Origin: Podarcis gaigeae
Taxonomy: Eukaryota
Length of the DNA: 64,000 nucleotides
Assembly (NCBI GenBank): GCA_964106915.2
Contig: OZ066914.1
Direction: 5' to 3' (one strand)
Below the pieces are notes generated by a model. It saw nothing but the letters and a program-made list of their open reading frames with translations, ran no database searches and had not been told where the DNA came from. A program made the translations under genes and the position numbers. Position 1 is the stretch's first letter. Every line of letters starts with the position of its first letter. Positions 26,740 to 40,880 of the stretch are shown one piece after another.

Positions 26740-27653
26740 CTGAAAATACATAGAAAGAACCCAGCTCAGAGTGTAGTATTTTTAAAAGCAGCTTCCCTTT
26801 GTGCCTACAATACTACATACATGACTCATTAAAAGACTCATAAATTAAAACCCCAAAGATATTCTGCTGAACAATAAGCCTGGAAAGCCCTTTTTGGGAT
26901 ATAAGCAAGGGAATCCTTTTTTATGCGCACAAATATTATTGGTTCTTGACCAAAGTGACTAAACACAAGATTTCTGAAGAGGCAGGTGTAGCAGAGGCAA
27001 GGCAGCAGCATGGGCCAACTTTGAAAGAATAACATCATTGTTACATGATGACAGAATTGCCAAAGATGACTTGAAGTATTTTTACATCTAAACACTCATT
27101 CCAGCTATGATCTAGGGGGCAGAATGTCATCTGACAACATGAGCCAATCAAGAAGAATCAGCTGTTATGCAAAGAGCCATGGAATGATGCACATCATCTC
27201 TCTTCATGCTCATGCACAAAACAAAGAAGTGTTAGCATGCAGGTGTAACAGAGGAGCACCATGCCATGTAGGATGACAAGTATGCAGGTGTGGAAGGCGG
27301 ACTTCCCACCAGACAGACTGGATCCCCAAGGACCAAGAGCGTCCCCTTGGCATGCCTAAAATGCAATGGGTGACCAATGAGGCACGCACACAAAGTCAAT
27401 AAAATACCCGTGACAGAAAGGAATTGTGTGTACTCATGGAAAACTGACAAAAGGGGAAGAGAAGCAAGTCACTGCCCCAACATAGTGGACAGCCACTATT
27501 GCACTATTTTAATGGAATAATTCCATTAAAAGCAGTAAAAATCTTTTCATAAATCCTAGCAGTGCAGTCCTACTTAATCAAACCATTAAAAACATGTTTG
27601 TCAATAATAGGTATCTTCAACTAATCAGGCAGCAGATTTTAAAATTAAAAGTA

Positions 27654-28305
27654 CAGTGGTACCTTGGTTCTCAAACACCTTGGTATTCAAATGCCTTGGT
27701 TCCCAAATGCCAAACACCCAGAAGTAAGTGTTCTGGTTTTTGAATGTTTTTCAGAAGCCGAACATCTGATGTCGTTGTCGGCTATGGTTTCCAGGGCGCC
27801 TGCACCAATCAGAAGCTGTGCCTTGGTTTTCAAACATTTTGGAAGTCAAATGAACTTCTGGATCAGATTAAGTTTGGCGCTTTTGTTTTTGCTATTTATT
27901 TTCCTTTTTTTTGTTTTTGAGGATTTTTTGGTTAATTTGTTTTTGTGACTGTGTGGAACCGAGTTCAGCTACTGATTGATTGACTGTGTGACTGTGGAAA
28001 TGGATAAAGCCCCCCCAAAAAAACAACAACAACAACAATGGCTATCATCAGTGCAGGTAAGAAAAAAATTAATTTTAATTTTTATAATATACAATACTGT
28101 CTTGTTTATTTTATAGTACACTACATTATTGCTTTCATTTTATGGATCAATTGTCTCGTTAGATAGTAAAATTCATGTTAAATTGCTGTTTTAGGAGTTG
28201 TTTTTAAAAGTCTGGAATGGATTAATCTGTTTTGCATTACTTTCTATGGGAAAGCGTGGAACGGATTTCCAGAACGGATTAAGTTTGAGAACCAAGGTAC
28301 CACTG
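27654..28305. mobile_element. Tigger-like non-autonomous DNA transposon
   Basis: Perfect TIR CAGTGGTACCTTGGTTCTCAAAC. Confidence 0.88.
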
Positions 28306-31300
28306 CACTTACAAAAGCTACAGATGTGACAAGCATCTTCTAAAGAGATGCGTACCTTCCTTGTGCGCAAGAGGGCGGAGGACACCTCTTGCAAAATTAG
28401 GACTGCTATAGCACTTGGCCAACGTCTAAAGCAGTGGTTCCCAATTAGGGAGCTACCATAGATACATCAACATTATCCAAAGTAGGGGGCCTATGGTTTG
28501 GTTTTTGAAAAACAGCAATTGGGAGCCAATGATCTAAAGAACAAAGAGTTGTGCCACTCCTTGCTCAGTTTTGGACATTACATCCTACCCACTGCATGCC
28601 CCCCACAAAGGTTGATCCTGGACTCTCAGGATCAGTATGTGGTAGGGCACCCAGGGTAGCCGGGGGTGACGGGAACTGGGTGCTCCTCCTTGTGCAAATG
28701 GAAGGATTTTCCTGCCAGCACAAAGCCATCACTCAATGCATCTCAATGTCAGCCTCTTTATAAACTATTGTCAGTTCTCTCCTGTGCAATTTAATCAGAT
28801 AATCAGCTAAGCTTTCTTTAATTGGTTGACAGATGCAATAAATACATAATTCTTAGAATTTGCATAAGAACCAGATGGGAAACATTAAGTCACGTATTTA
28901 TGCCATTTACCCTCTGTATATTTAGTTGTTCTGCCCCCACATTTCCCCACATTACCATGAAAGGGAAACAAAAATGCTATGCCACTAACTATCCTCCCCC
29001 TTCCCTACCGTCCTTCAAACCCTGAAAACAGGGTTAACCCTGATTAACAGAAGACTTCCTTTGAAAAGTCATTTTGGTAGATAGGAACATCCAGCAACCC
29101 TCTTTCTACAATGTTGCCAGCATCAGCCAAGTTAGATATACAATTAAAAGGCATCATTGTATTCACTTTCACAAAATTGGGGCGGCGGGGGGGGGTGTCA
29201 AAACACTCAAGTCCTTATAAGCCACAGCAAATTCCTCAAAATGCAGTTCCAACTTTTAAAATATCTGAAGATGCAAATAAAGCCAGAGCACCTCTGGCTT
29301 TGTGTGTTCAGAGTGAAATTCATCACTTGAAGGTATCATGTTCACTATTAATTTCTAAGTCATCCAAATCAGCAAGAATCAATCAGGAGTGGGCAGAAGT
29401 AGATCTCTAGGTGATCTGAGGAACGTTGGTAAACAACTGGGAGGTAGAAGGAGAAAGGAAAGAGAGAAGATTTTTGTGTGTAAAGACTGTGAGCTCCCTT
29501 CCATTCTGGTATTCAAAACAAATTCTAAGGCCCAAAACCTTTAGCTCTACAGGTATGTCTTTTGTAGGGGCTCAAATTAGAGGATCTTAAGTAAAATAAA
29601 AATATAAAATAAATATAAAATCAGTGGATCCTGAAGCATAGAGCCTGCCTACCTTAGGTTTTTCCATAATATATGGGGGGTGAATATATTTGAGAAAATA
29701 TGGGAAATATATTTGGCACATCCACAAACCTTAGGGTCCTCTCTTATGGCTACCTAAGAAATATCACTCACAAGTCTAAATATTGGCAGAAGAGGGAATG
29801 GTGAAGCAGGGATGAGGGGCCAAACAGTTGCATCCCGTCCCTGAGAATCACCTTCATGGGAAAGGTTTTGCGAGAAGGTTTCTTTCCACCCACTTTAAAG
29901 TCCTTTTGGCAATTCTTCATAGCACAAACCAGTCCCTGCATGCACACACAAAGAAACACAAAACAGGGGGGGGGGGGAACAGGTCCTTCCAACCAAGTCT
30001 GGCTCTTGCAGCTATTAAACACAGCACTTCCTCCCATTCCAATTCACGCAGTACACAAGTGATAACCCCAACTTTCTTATTTATTCAAGCCTACTTCGTT
30101 AATTTTAGAAATAACATTCTCCGAAGTCTGATCGACAAGTCATTCCCTCACGCCTTTGTGGTTTATTTTGCCTTATTTGTTCTCAGCAGCAGAGGATTAT
30201 CTTTGTGATGTGCTCCCTGCAGATTACTGCACCACAGAGCTTCCTCTTGTTTTTGTTACAGATGGCCAATCCCTTTTTAACAACAAGCTAATAAGTGTGG
30301 AGAAATTCATGACAGCTCAGTTCAGCCAAAATTCAGTGTTCAAGCCTAAATCAGCAAGCCTGCAGGACAAAAAAAATATTTAAAAAATAAAGCTACCAGG
30401 TTTACAGTGGAGCTCTACTTCCCTCTCTCCTTTTTCAAAAAATGCACTTGCCCTTGGAGGGTTCTCTTTTTTGCACAATTAACTTCAAATGATATGTTCA
30501 ACCAAGCCTTGGAGGGGGAAAGCTATTTTTAAGACCACAGGCCCCTGGGAAGCTGTTCACAGAGCTGGCCGCTGGTACTGTTCTGGGTCACATAGTGGCC
30601 CAGAACACAAGTGAAAAATCAGTGTCATATGCAAGCCCACCTTTCCAGATTGTCCACAAACACCACAACACACACGCACAGTTCCCATCAATGTCACTTG
30701 CTTAGAGTGGTGTGTCTGTTGGCATATGAAAACTCCAGTGTTTCCTGACAGTACCAATGCCCGGTGTTCTTGCTGTTTATTCATCATTCTAGTGGTGAGT
30801 CTGATAGAATGCATGATAGGGAGGCTACATTTGGGCAACGGGGGGGGGGGTCCCTATTTCAGTGATATCAAGCAGAGGGAAATATGGCAACGGTATAGGG
30901 TGGGTCATTGCGGAAGGCCGAATTTCAATGGTTTGTGCCTTGTTCCCTTCTCCAGCCCCTTTCCTAAGAGCAGATTCCACTGTGCTCCCCTACACTGGTG
31001 TTTCTGTTACTGAATTCCAGGTTGGTCCATATTAAGATCTCACTCATCCACGACTTGGGGATGAGGGAACTGGCCTGGCATGCATTACTGAGATCTGAGT
31101 GGGTAAACTGGGCAGAGTTGATATGAGTTAGCTTTGCCCACCCAGCCACCACTCCACAGGGCTGTCTCAGCTGGTCACTGGCCCAACACACAGAGCAGGA
31201 CGTAACAGGGATTTGGTCTTTGCCTCAGAGGATGAGGGGTGTGGTCTGAATACAGTGGGGTTGTGTAAAACAATTGTCATGATCAGACCACTTCCTAGGG

Positions 31301-32364
31301 AGGTTTGAGAAGAAAACTCTGCAGGGATGCCAGGTGGGGTGGGATGACTATTTGGTTGGCTTACTGCTGGAGACTTTTGGAATCCAGAAAATTCCTAAAT
31401 GCTCAGAGGTTTATTCAGGAGATAAGAGCAGGGTCGGTTGCCCAAGAGAGGTTGCCAAAAACTCCTATTTGTAACAGGGTTTCCCAGACAGATTAACAGT
31501 ATCTTATTCCTCTTTGGGTGGGGGGTGCTTTTATTTGCAATATTTTATTGCTATGTTACCTAGTAATGCCATTATTATTATTATTATTATTATTCTCTGG
31601 CCATCTGGTTGTGTTTCCCCAGCCACTTGTGGTCTATAAGTATTTAATATAAATAAAATGTTGTATTGTTTTAATATGCTGAATGGCACTTTAGTGTTTT
31701 CCTCTAAATGAAAATTAAATAGCAGAAATGAAGAATATAAATATAACAAACCAGTTATAACATGGCAAAAGCCACAAAAAGTTGCAGTTTGTGCTAGTTA
31801 TAAAACACTGCAAAACTGTTTAGTGACTCCCCATCCAGAACTGAGAGGCAACAACAAAACTGCCAGAGTTCAGGCCAAGTCTAGCAAGGGGGTTAAAAAA
31901 AAGCTAAGTCAATCCACTTCAGGAGATCAACCTAACAAGAAGAGAATGCTGACTAAATGGCTCCCCCAGTATAAATATTTAGTTTTGCTGCCCTTCGTAC
32001 CAGGTCAAGGGTAGCATCCGATCAAACAAGATCAAAGAAAAACCATGATGCATTTAGAGCTAGAATTAGCTCACTAGCGGAGGGTATTTAGTTAAAATGT
32101 TCCCAAACTCTACCGAATAGTATGGTTGCATCACTCCTACAAAGCGCTCTGCTCTCCAATGCTGGATAAAGAAAACCCGGTTCTGTACAAGTTTATGATA
32201 TTATGTGTATTCTCTATTCTTACCAAGTACCATTTATCCTTTTTACCATATTTTAAGGCATTGCTTACTTGTATGAAGTGTTTTGTCCTTCCATCATGTC
32301 ACTATAGCTATTTTTCTTACACACCATAGGTTTCTTACAAAACACACTATTTTCATTTATATCA

Positions 32365-34530
32365 TTCTTTATTAAATTTGTAAACCACCCTTCATCCAGA
32401 CAGCACAGGGCGGTTCATAACATAAAAATACAAAAAGAGAACACAAAATACATAGTAAAACAAAAACAAACCAATATCCAACCTCCCATTTAAAAGGGCA
32501 TAGAAAGTTCATTAGTCAAAAGGCCTAGTTATAGAGAAACATTTTCACCTAGCACCTAAGGTGAGCCTCCCTGGGGAGAGAATTCCACAAACAGGGAGCC
32601 ACCACAGAAAAGGCCCATTCTTGGTATGTTGTCACCCTCCAGACCTCTCACAAAGAGACAAATGAAGAAGGGTCTCAAATGATGATCACAGGTTCCAGGT
32701 TGGTTCATATGGGGTGAGGCAGCTCTTGAGGTATTGTGGTCCTGAGCTGTTTGACAACAGAAGTTAGGCTGTCCCTATCCAGAGAGGGACGCAGCTGGGC
32801 CACAAGCCAAAGCTGATGGAAGGCACTCTGCACCACTGAGGCCACCTGAACCTCAAGCAGGGAATCACCCACTAACAGCACCTCAATCTTATCTATATTG
32901 AATTTCAGTTGGTTAGCTCTCATTCAGTCCATTACCAAGGCAAGACAGCGGTCCAGCACATTCACTGCCACACCAGCAGATATAAAGGAGAAGTAGAGCT
33001 GTGTGTCATCAGTAAATTGCTGACAATGTACTCCAAAATTACAGATAATCCCACTCAGCAGCTTTATGTACTGTTGAACAGCATAGAGGATAAAATCAAA
33101 TCCTGAGGAACCCCACACTGAAGACTCCATGGGGGCAGAAGAGCACTCTCCAAGCATCACCCTGCGGAAACAACCATACAAGCAGGACCAGAATCACCAT
33201 AAAGGATTTGGTGCTCCATAAGGATACCATGGTTGATGGTACTGAAAGCAGCTGAGAGGTCAAGAGGACTGGACAGGGGCACATCATCATACAAGGGCTA
33301 CAAAAACAGTTTCTGTGCCAAAACTCGGCCTAAACCCCAACTGAAACAGACCTACAAAATCAGGTTCCTCCAAGAGCGTCTGGATCTGGTCCACGCACTC
33401 AAGAACCTTGCTCCAAAAGAGGAAATTGGCCATTGACCAGTAATTCCTTAGATTTTCTGGATCCAGGAGGATTTCTTGAGGATTTCTTGAGGAGTGGTTT
33501 TACTACGGCCTCCTTCAAGCAGCCAAGAACTACCCTTTCTTGCAGGGAGGCATTAATCACCTCCCTGACCCAACCAGCTGTCCCTTCTCTGGTAGTTTTT
33601 ATAAGCCAAGAGGGGCAAGGATCCAGAATGCAAGTTGTCATCCAGACAGATCCAAGCACCTTGTTCACATCTTCAAGCCTTACCAACTAAAACTCATCCA
33701 ACGCAACAGGACTAGATAGTGCTCTAAACACCCCTTGAGGTTAATTTGCTGTAATAATGGAATCAAGATCCTGTGGATGCAAGCAATTTTATTCTCAAAA
33801 CACTTTGCAAACAACTCACAGTGAGATACCATCAGTTCTGCCACCTCCTTCAGGCCAGACTGTAAGAGGCCCCACACTACCCAGAAAAGCTGCACCACAT
33901 GGCACAATGAGGATGCAATGAAGGAAGCAAAGTATGCCTTCTTTGCTGCTTCCACTGCCACTAGAAGGCTCAGTGATGAGCCCTCAGTAATGTTTGATTG
34001 CATTTGAACAGCGTTTTCTTCCACTCACGTTTGAACCACCTCCCAGCTTGTTTCCTCACCCTAAGCTCTGGAATATACCAGGGAGCCAAGTAGGCTCCAC
34101 AAAATGGAAGAGGGAGCTCAGGAACATTGTGTCAACAGCTATTCCCATGTTCCAGAGGTCAGCCAGAGCTTCAACAGGAACACCAGTCAGATCAGCTGGA
34201 AAATCCCCCAAAGCTGTCTGGAAACCCATTGGCTCTATCACCCTGAGAGTGGACTATCCTAATAGGTCTCCTGCCTCTGTAGAGGCAGAAAGGTGCTGAA
34301 AGCCAAAATCTCAACAGGACCTGATCCAACCATGACAAGGGATGAGTGTCAATATCCCCCATTTTCATATTATCCTCTTCCTATCCAGTTAAGGATACAA
34401 AGTCCTGTATGTGGCCTGCCACATGCGTTGGGCCAGTGACTTGTTGGGACAGCCTCATGGTCATCATGGCAGCCATGAAGTCCTGAGCCACCCCAGAGCC
34501 AGTCGTCTTCCAAACCAGCTGTCTGTGAGT
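32365..34530 (-). mobile_element. L2-like LINE, decayed (boundaries approximate)
   Basis: Fragments TTCILDPCPSWLIK, LKEAVVKPLLKK, QQFTDDTQLY and NQLKFNIDKIEVLLV. Confidence 0.85.
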
Positions 34531-35989
34531 CCTGATTGCTCAATAATGATAAACTGGTGTATAATCTATGTTTTCCATATATCCAAAATGCCTTTTAATG
34601 GAGCAAGGCAGGGAGAAAAACACTGAAACCAATCATTGACTGTTGTTGCTTTGGCTGCCTCAAAGAGAATATAATTTGGGAGTAGAGGAGAGGAAAGGAA
34701 GATACCTTTCTGGAGTAACATCCATGTTTATGGTAATACTACTTGACAAAACACATTTACTTAAACATATCACACAGTTGACAGTCAAGTAAAAATCTTT
34801 CAGTTGTACGTACACACACAGTTTGATTTAATTACCATTTCTAAGGTGGCCTATTTAATAAGGATGTAGATGCAAGATCAGAAATAAGCAAAGTAGCTGA
34901 TATAGAACAAAATACTTGACAGTCTACAACCACATACATTTCCCTCCATAAGGATTTGGCAACTCAGTAGTGCAAATACAATCAACTGCAAAAGGGCAGG
35001 GGAATCAAGCCTTCACATTGCTAGATAATGACCATTTTCAATAGAAGCCAATGACTTATAACACCCTTTTTACTGTAAAAAGAGAGGAAGAGTTATTCGT
35101 GTTGCTTTTCAACTTGAATACATTACGTCTGGGATCCAGAGAGTTTCTTGCTTGACCAAAAGCCACCCCTCCATTTCTGCCAGTTCTCCCTTGTCCCATA
35201 ATCTCAGGAGCTGCTTTTCAAGGAGACACAACTAAATGCAGTACAAAGATAGGGCAGAATACCCCATTGCAGAACTCTGTTAACACATCACTGGATCCCC
35301 TAATTGCAGGATTCCATTTATACCTCACTCCTCCAAAACTTGAGGCAACTTAGAAATTTCATATTTAAAAAAAACACCACACACACAAAACAAACAAACA
35401 ACTGCAATGAAGATAGCAGCAACATACAATTTGAGAAGCAAACCAGCAAAATTAAAGCATTTGACAGCACAACACTATACAGAGTTCAATGGTACTTACT
35501 TTCAGGAAAGTGGGAATAGAAAGATCACCTACATTCCATTGAAATCAAGAGGAGGCCTATTTGGACAGACTACACCCAATCAAAGTATCCCAATTCCTCA
35601 GAAGCAGATTTAAAGTGATAGGCTTTACATTGCTCCCTCCCCCCCCCCAAAAAAAAAATCTATAAAGAGATGTGCATTGAAGTACCTCCTTAGGAGTAAG
35701 GAAAAGGCCCTCCCTCCTTTCATCTTTTGCCATGTATACCTTTAAATCAAGATGGAAGAGGAAAACTGAAAAACTATTTTGTACTAATCTTATACCACCC
35801 TCCCGACTCCCAGCAGCCACATCTTTCATCGAGGGATAGCGTTTCTGCCTTTTGTGTTTTCCAACAATTTGCTGGACAACTAAGAATGTTGCTTGCCACC
35901 ATCACCCTACCACCATCTTTTTAATTTAATTTTTAACATAGTGACACTGAACAATACTTATGTTCTGGCAGGCCTTGTTTGCTTTAGCG

Positions 35990-36121
35990 CAGGCATGGCC
36001 AAACTTGTCCCTCCAGATGTTTTGGGACTACAACTCCCATCATCCCTAACAGAACCAGTGGTCAGGGATGATGGGAATTGTAGTCCCAAAACATCTGGAG
36101 GGGCAAGTTTGGCCATGCCTG
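35990..36121. mobile_element. Palindromic hAT MITE
   Basis: Near-perfect fold-back; TSD CTTTAGCG/CTTTAGCA. Confidence 0.88.
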
Positions 36122-36576
36122 CTTTAGCATAACCAATCAGCACTTTGGGGAGCTCCTTCTCCTGCAAGAAAGCTGCTAATGCTCAAGAAGGCATTGCTCA
36201 AGAAGGCAATTTACCAAAGCTTGCAGTAAGGAATTGTACAAACTTGACATGGCTACCTGAGAGGAGTAAGTCATATTCACTGCATTATTGTCCCACACAA
36301 CATACAGAAATACAGGGCCTTGGATTGGACCACGTGTTTTGTTTTAATGACATCAGTACTGATGATGGCTCCACTTGGAATTTTACACCACTATGCCTTG
36401 AAGAGTTTGCAAGGGGTTCATCTGATTTCTATCTCCAGCCATGGCCATTTCCAAGTTGAGCCACTGCAAGTATCAAACAAGGTATAGAAAAGAAGAAGAG
36501 AAGTATGCACAGAGAGCCCAAGTATACGTACATACAAATTATGGAAGGGGGCTATTTGATTTGAGTTTTCTACAGA

Positions 36577-37180
36577 TAATAATAATAATACCTTTACTGT
36601 CAACGTACAACCTGTGTACAATGAAATTAACCGAGCCTCCCTCCTCCCCACACAAACACTCAGTCTCATTGCACTCTGTGTGCTTGTCACACAACACACC
36701 AACCCCAAAAGTCAGTTGCACTATATTATTTTCCATTCAGCAGCCTAAGAGCCCATGGATAGAAACTGTTTTTTAGCCTGTTGGTATGACTGATTATACT
36801 TCTTTATCTCCTGTGCGAGGGTAGAAGATTAAAGAGGTACTGGCCGGGGTGTGAATCGTCCCTGAGAATTTTTCTCGCTCTCCTAAGGCAACGATCCCTT
36901 GCGATGTCATCTAGTGGGTTCAGGGAACAGCCCATGATATCAAGTGCTGTGTTCACCACCCTCTGTAAAGACTTTCTGTCCGTGGCTGTCAAGCCAACGT
37001 ACCACACTGTGATACAATATGAGAGGACACTTTCTATTGTGGACCAGTAGAAGGAGGTCATCAATTGTTGTTTAACATTGTTCTTTCGCAAGACCCTGAG
37101 AAAATGGAGTCTCTGTTGGGCCTTCCTAACCACCTGAGTTATATTGTTTTTCCAGGTGAGGTCTAAGGTAAACTCCCAGG
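36577..37180 (-). mobile_element. Rex1/Babar-like LINE 3' fragment
   Basis: LTWKNNITQVVRKAQQRLHFLRVL...IESVLSYCITVWY...DSHPGQYLFNLLPS. Confidence 0.8.
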
Positions 37181-37206
37181 AATTTAAAGGAAGAGACTCT
37201 CTCTCC

Positions 37207-37233
37207 ACACACACACACACACACACACACACA
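37207..37233. repeat. (CA)n microsatellite
   Basis: Direct reading. Confidence 0.95.
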
Positions 37234-39005
37234 ATAGACAATGGGGCTAGTTCCCCTCTCTTCCTCAGATGGAGGCAACTTTGAGGAAGATGCACTTTAA
37301 CCAACAGCACATCAGCGAAGTTATTCCTGTGCTACTCTCTTATTTGCATGGACCACAAGGGTAGAGCGCTTCAACAAACAGGTTTTGCAGAGGCATGCCT
37401 CTTTCACTTGACAGGCAGATAAAACCATAGAGCTTTCTCTCCCCATACTCAACATTCAGAAACACTGTGGGCAAAGCAGGAACAGACAGAAATCAGAGTG
37501 TCAAACATACATTTTACAACTTCAGCTGATTTGCCAACTGTGTTCTGATTTGGAGAGGTTGGACCTAGGCCCAGACTTCTGTGCCCTTTGGTGCAGATTA
37601 CCAAGATGCAATCTGTGTAGGGCTACTTAAGGCCAACCTGGAAAAAGTCAACTGGCCCAGAATGTACCTACTAGAGTTCTTGTAGGGAGTGGGAGATCAG
37701 TGCATATTATTCTAATCCTTTATCAATTTTCACCAATTACTCACAAAAGCTGGATTGGACCTGCCAATGCATCATGGGAGCCTTACAGAGAACTCTCTAA
37801 GGGAGGACATCCTAAGCAGTGGTGCCTAGTGAGTGCTGCAACTTCAGGTACTACAGTGTTTAGAGAAAAAGCTGGGTTCTGAACAAGGTTTCTTTGGAAT
37901 ATTCCCAGACTTCCTACTGAGAACAACTGCTGCCCCACTCTGTACGAGCACCATTAACAGAAAGGCAAGGTAATGCCATCAAGTTTTAACAACAAGGTTA
38001 CTTTACCTACCCTTTTAGGGATAATCAGAGGCCCAAGACAGGTGTAAAATGATTAGTTCCCAATAATTTATAACACCCAAAGCTGGAAACACTGGTGCTT
38101 CCTATAGTATCCATAAGCTATAAAGCTGCCTTCAGCTCCTCCTCTAACCATCACTTGTGCCCTATGATAGATGTCTATAAGCAATAGTTACCCTGGTATG
38201 CCAGGTAAAAAGGCAGGAAGATAATTCAGAATTCGCCACAGACACAGCAGAGCCTCAGATGGTACAAACAAGCATTGCCAGCCTTCTCTGCAGTCAGCTG
38301 GAAGTGCTTAATTATGGTGTGCAGAAGGTGCCCACAGTGACAAAGAAGTGTGTATGGAACAATGTGGAATTAATTGTGTGTCTTGATCAACAGGGGATAT
38401 CATTTCAGGACGTCAGCCACCAAATCCTTGATTATATAAACACATCACTGAGTACATGGAGTGGTTTGTTTTCCACTTGCAAAACCCATCCGTGTTGCTG
38501 AAATTAGCTGAACTGAAAGTCAAAGCAACACAAGAAAAAGCCGTTTTCTGTTTAAGACACACATTTCCCCCCTCTTTTATATTATGCCCATCACCACATT
38601 GGACTGCAGCATTAATCGCAAGCCTCAGAATATTACACATTTTTAATATCATGAATAACATCTAGATTTAATAGAGATTCTTGACTTAGTATGTTGGTTA
38701 TATATTCCACAAAGGCATGAAGCAAGAGCTTGGAACATGCTGCACATCAATTACAAGTATCCTTTCCAGAGGAAAAGACTCTGTGGATAAAGAGGCCTTG
38801 ACCTAGCATTGAGAAGACCATCAAGATAGCACCAGGTGAATCCCTCTGGGGAGGCAGATATAAAACCAGGGCAGTTCCATTTAGAAGGGATGCTTGGAGC
38901 AGGGCCTCAGGAACTTCAGGAATGAGTGGATTACAATATAGCTATTGAAGTTGACTAGCAGGAACAGAAATGAAGAACCAGGTTCAGTAGGTGAAAGGTA
39001 TAGGT

Positions 39006-39390
39006 GCTTGCAGCCCGAAGCCTGGGGAACGCGGCGCCGCACACCCCGGGTTTTGGGCAGCTACCCGCAAGCCTGCGGAGCCCGGCGGGAGTTCCGCCGG
39101 GCTCAGCAGGCTTGCGGATAGAAGCAAGCTCCGGGAGCGAAGGCAAGGTTGCGCGCAACCTCGCCACCGGTCCCAGACCATTCTGGGGGCTGGGGTCGGG
39201 GGAAGCTCGGGCTTCCCCCGCACCAGCCCCGTGGCTAAAAACGAAGCCAAGACAGCGAGCGGGATCCATCCTTCTTTGCTCTTTGGGGCTCAGGGGGGGG
39301 AAATATATTTTTTTTCTTTATTTCCCCCCCCCCCAAGAAAAACTAGGTGCGCCCTATGGTCTGGTGCACCCTATAGAGCGAAAAATACAG
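39006..39390. mobile_element. GC-rich Tc1/mariner-type element fragment (right end only)
   Basis: Ends GAGCGAAAAATACAG-TA; internal GC hairpins. Confidence 0.6.
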
Positions 39391-39397
39391 TATGTTC

Positions 39398-39619
39398 AGA
39401 TGTTCGGGTTACAGACGCTTCAGGTTACAGACTCCGCTATCCCAGAAATAGTACCTTGGGTTAAGAACTTTGCTTCAGGATGAGAACAGAAATCGTGCCG
39501 CGGCAGCATGGCGGCAGCGGGAGGCCCCATTAGCTAAAGTGGTGCTTCAGGTTAAGAACAGTTTCAGGTTAAGAACAGACCTCAAGAACAAATTAAGTTC
39601 TTAACCCGAGGTACCACTG
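39398..39619. mobile_element. Tigger-like MITE, family of 10666
   Basis: Right TIR AACCCGAGGTACCACTG-TA; left end damaged. Confidence 0.8.
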
Positions 39620-40880
39620 TATTTAAAAATAAAAGCCCACAAAAATTTGTCCTCTCCCAGTTTACAATCACTGCAGGTTATTATTTTTACTGCTTCCCAT
39701 CACATAGGTGTGATTTTTGTTGTGAGCTAAAGGATATTTTAAATCAATACAGAAGATGGGAGACACAACCAATTTGACACTTTCCCTCCCCAGGCATTAA
39801 GTATCTGAAATGTGCATTTTAAATGTTCTGCTTAAAGGATTGGGTTACTATAAACCTCTAAGCTTTTATTTTTATATGTTTGGGGGCATGAAGGAATCTT
39901 ACAGTTGAGCTAATCATATTGGATTCATGTCCTGCTGCTGCAATTTGACAGGCAGTGGTGAGTCAGACCATCAGATCTGCATAAAGTCAAAATTTAATGC
40001 CGATCCAGTGGTCTGACTCAACACTGCCTCTTCCCCTCTGCCTGTCAAAATACAGAACACAGGACATGGATCCCAGAAGATGAGCTTTATGTTATGAAAC
40101 ATTTCTTCAAGTAATCCCCCTCAGGGGGGGGGGGACTACTATACATGAAGAATTCATGTTGGCAACATAAGCATTTTGATAATTTTATTCCAATAGCTCA
40201 ATATATTTCCACTTAGTATGCAGGATAAGAGACAATTTTCTCAACACATACACACAAAATATACAAGGAAGTTTCACTGAAGTCCTACTATGTCAATTAC
40301 ATCTGCAGGTCAAGAGGAATTTCTTCCAAATAGGTATAACAAGAACTGCACTGACAAATGAAAATGCAGCTAAGCTGTGTATCAGGCTGGGCAGACAAGC
40401 TTCTTCAAACTGGGTATTTGGGCAATAGCTCTCAATTGTACTCTAGCACTAGAGCATAACCAACATCAATATGCTCAGTGACTAAAAGGTCACTTTTGAA
40501 CAGTGATTTCCCACAGCAACATTAGTATTCTTATTTTCTGCAGGTGATGGGTATGTTGATTCAGTGTGCCTAATACCCACAGTCAAATGGAAGCTGTAGC
40601 AAACTCTGTTACAGCAACAGCTAATGTAAGTGGAATACAAGGATTTATTTACTTTTTAATCTTGTGAACTGCCCTAATAATAATAAATCAACTAGTAGTA
40701 CATAGCTAGGCATCATTATGTGACACTCCTGTGCTAGAGGTACTACTGCTTTGAGATACTTCATGTTGTACATCCTGATTTGGCCTTAGGTTAATGGAGG
40801 AACTGCCTTCTCTTGAAGCACCCTAGGAATCAAATCATCCCTTTTTGTCCAGGTTACTAAAAGATAACTCTAAGGTACCT

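Noticed and set aside
31005-31476. TGTTAC...GTAACA candidate solo LTR
   Set aside because: No matching TSD at either candidate right end (31207 or 31476)
38955-39483. Overlapping 88-159 aa ORFs
   Set aside because: They lie in a GC-rich palindromic transposon fragment
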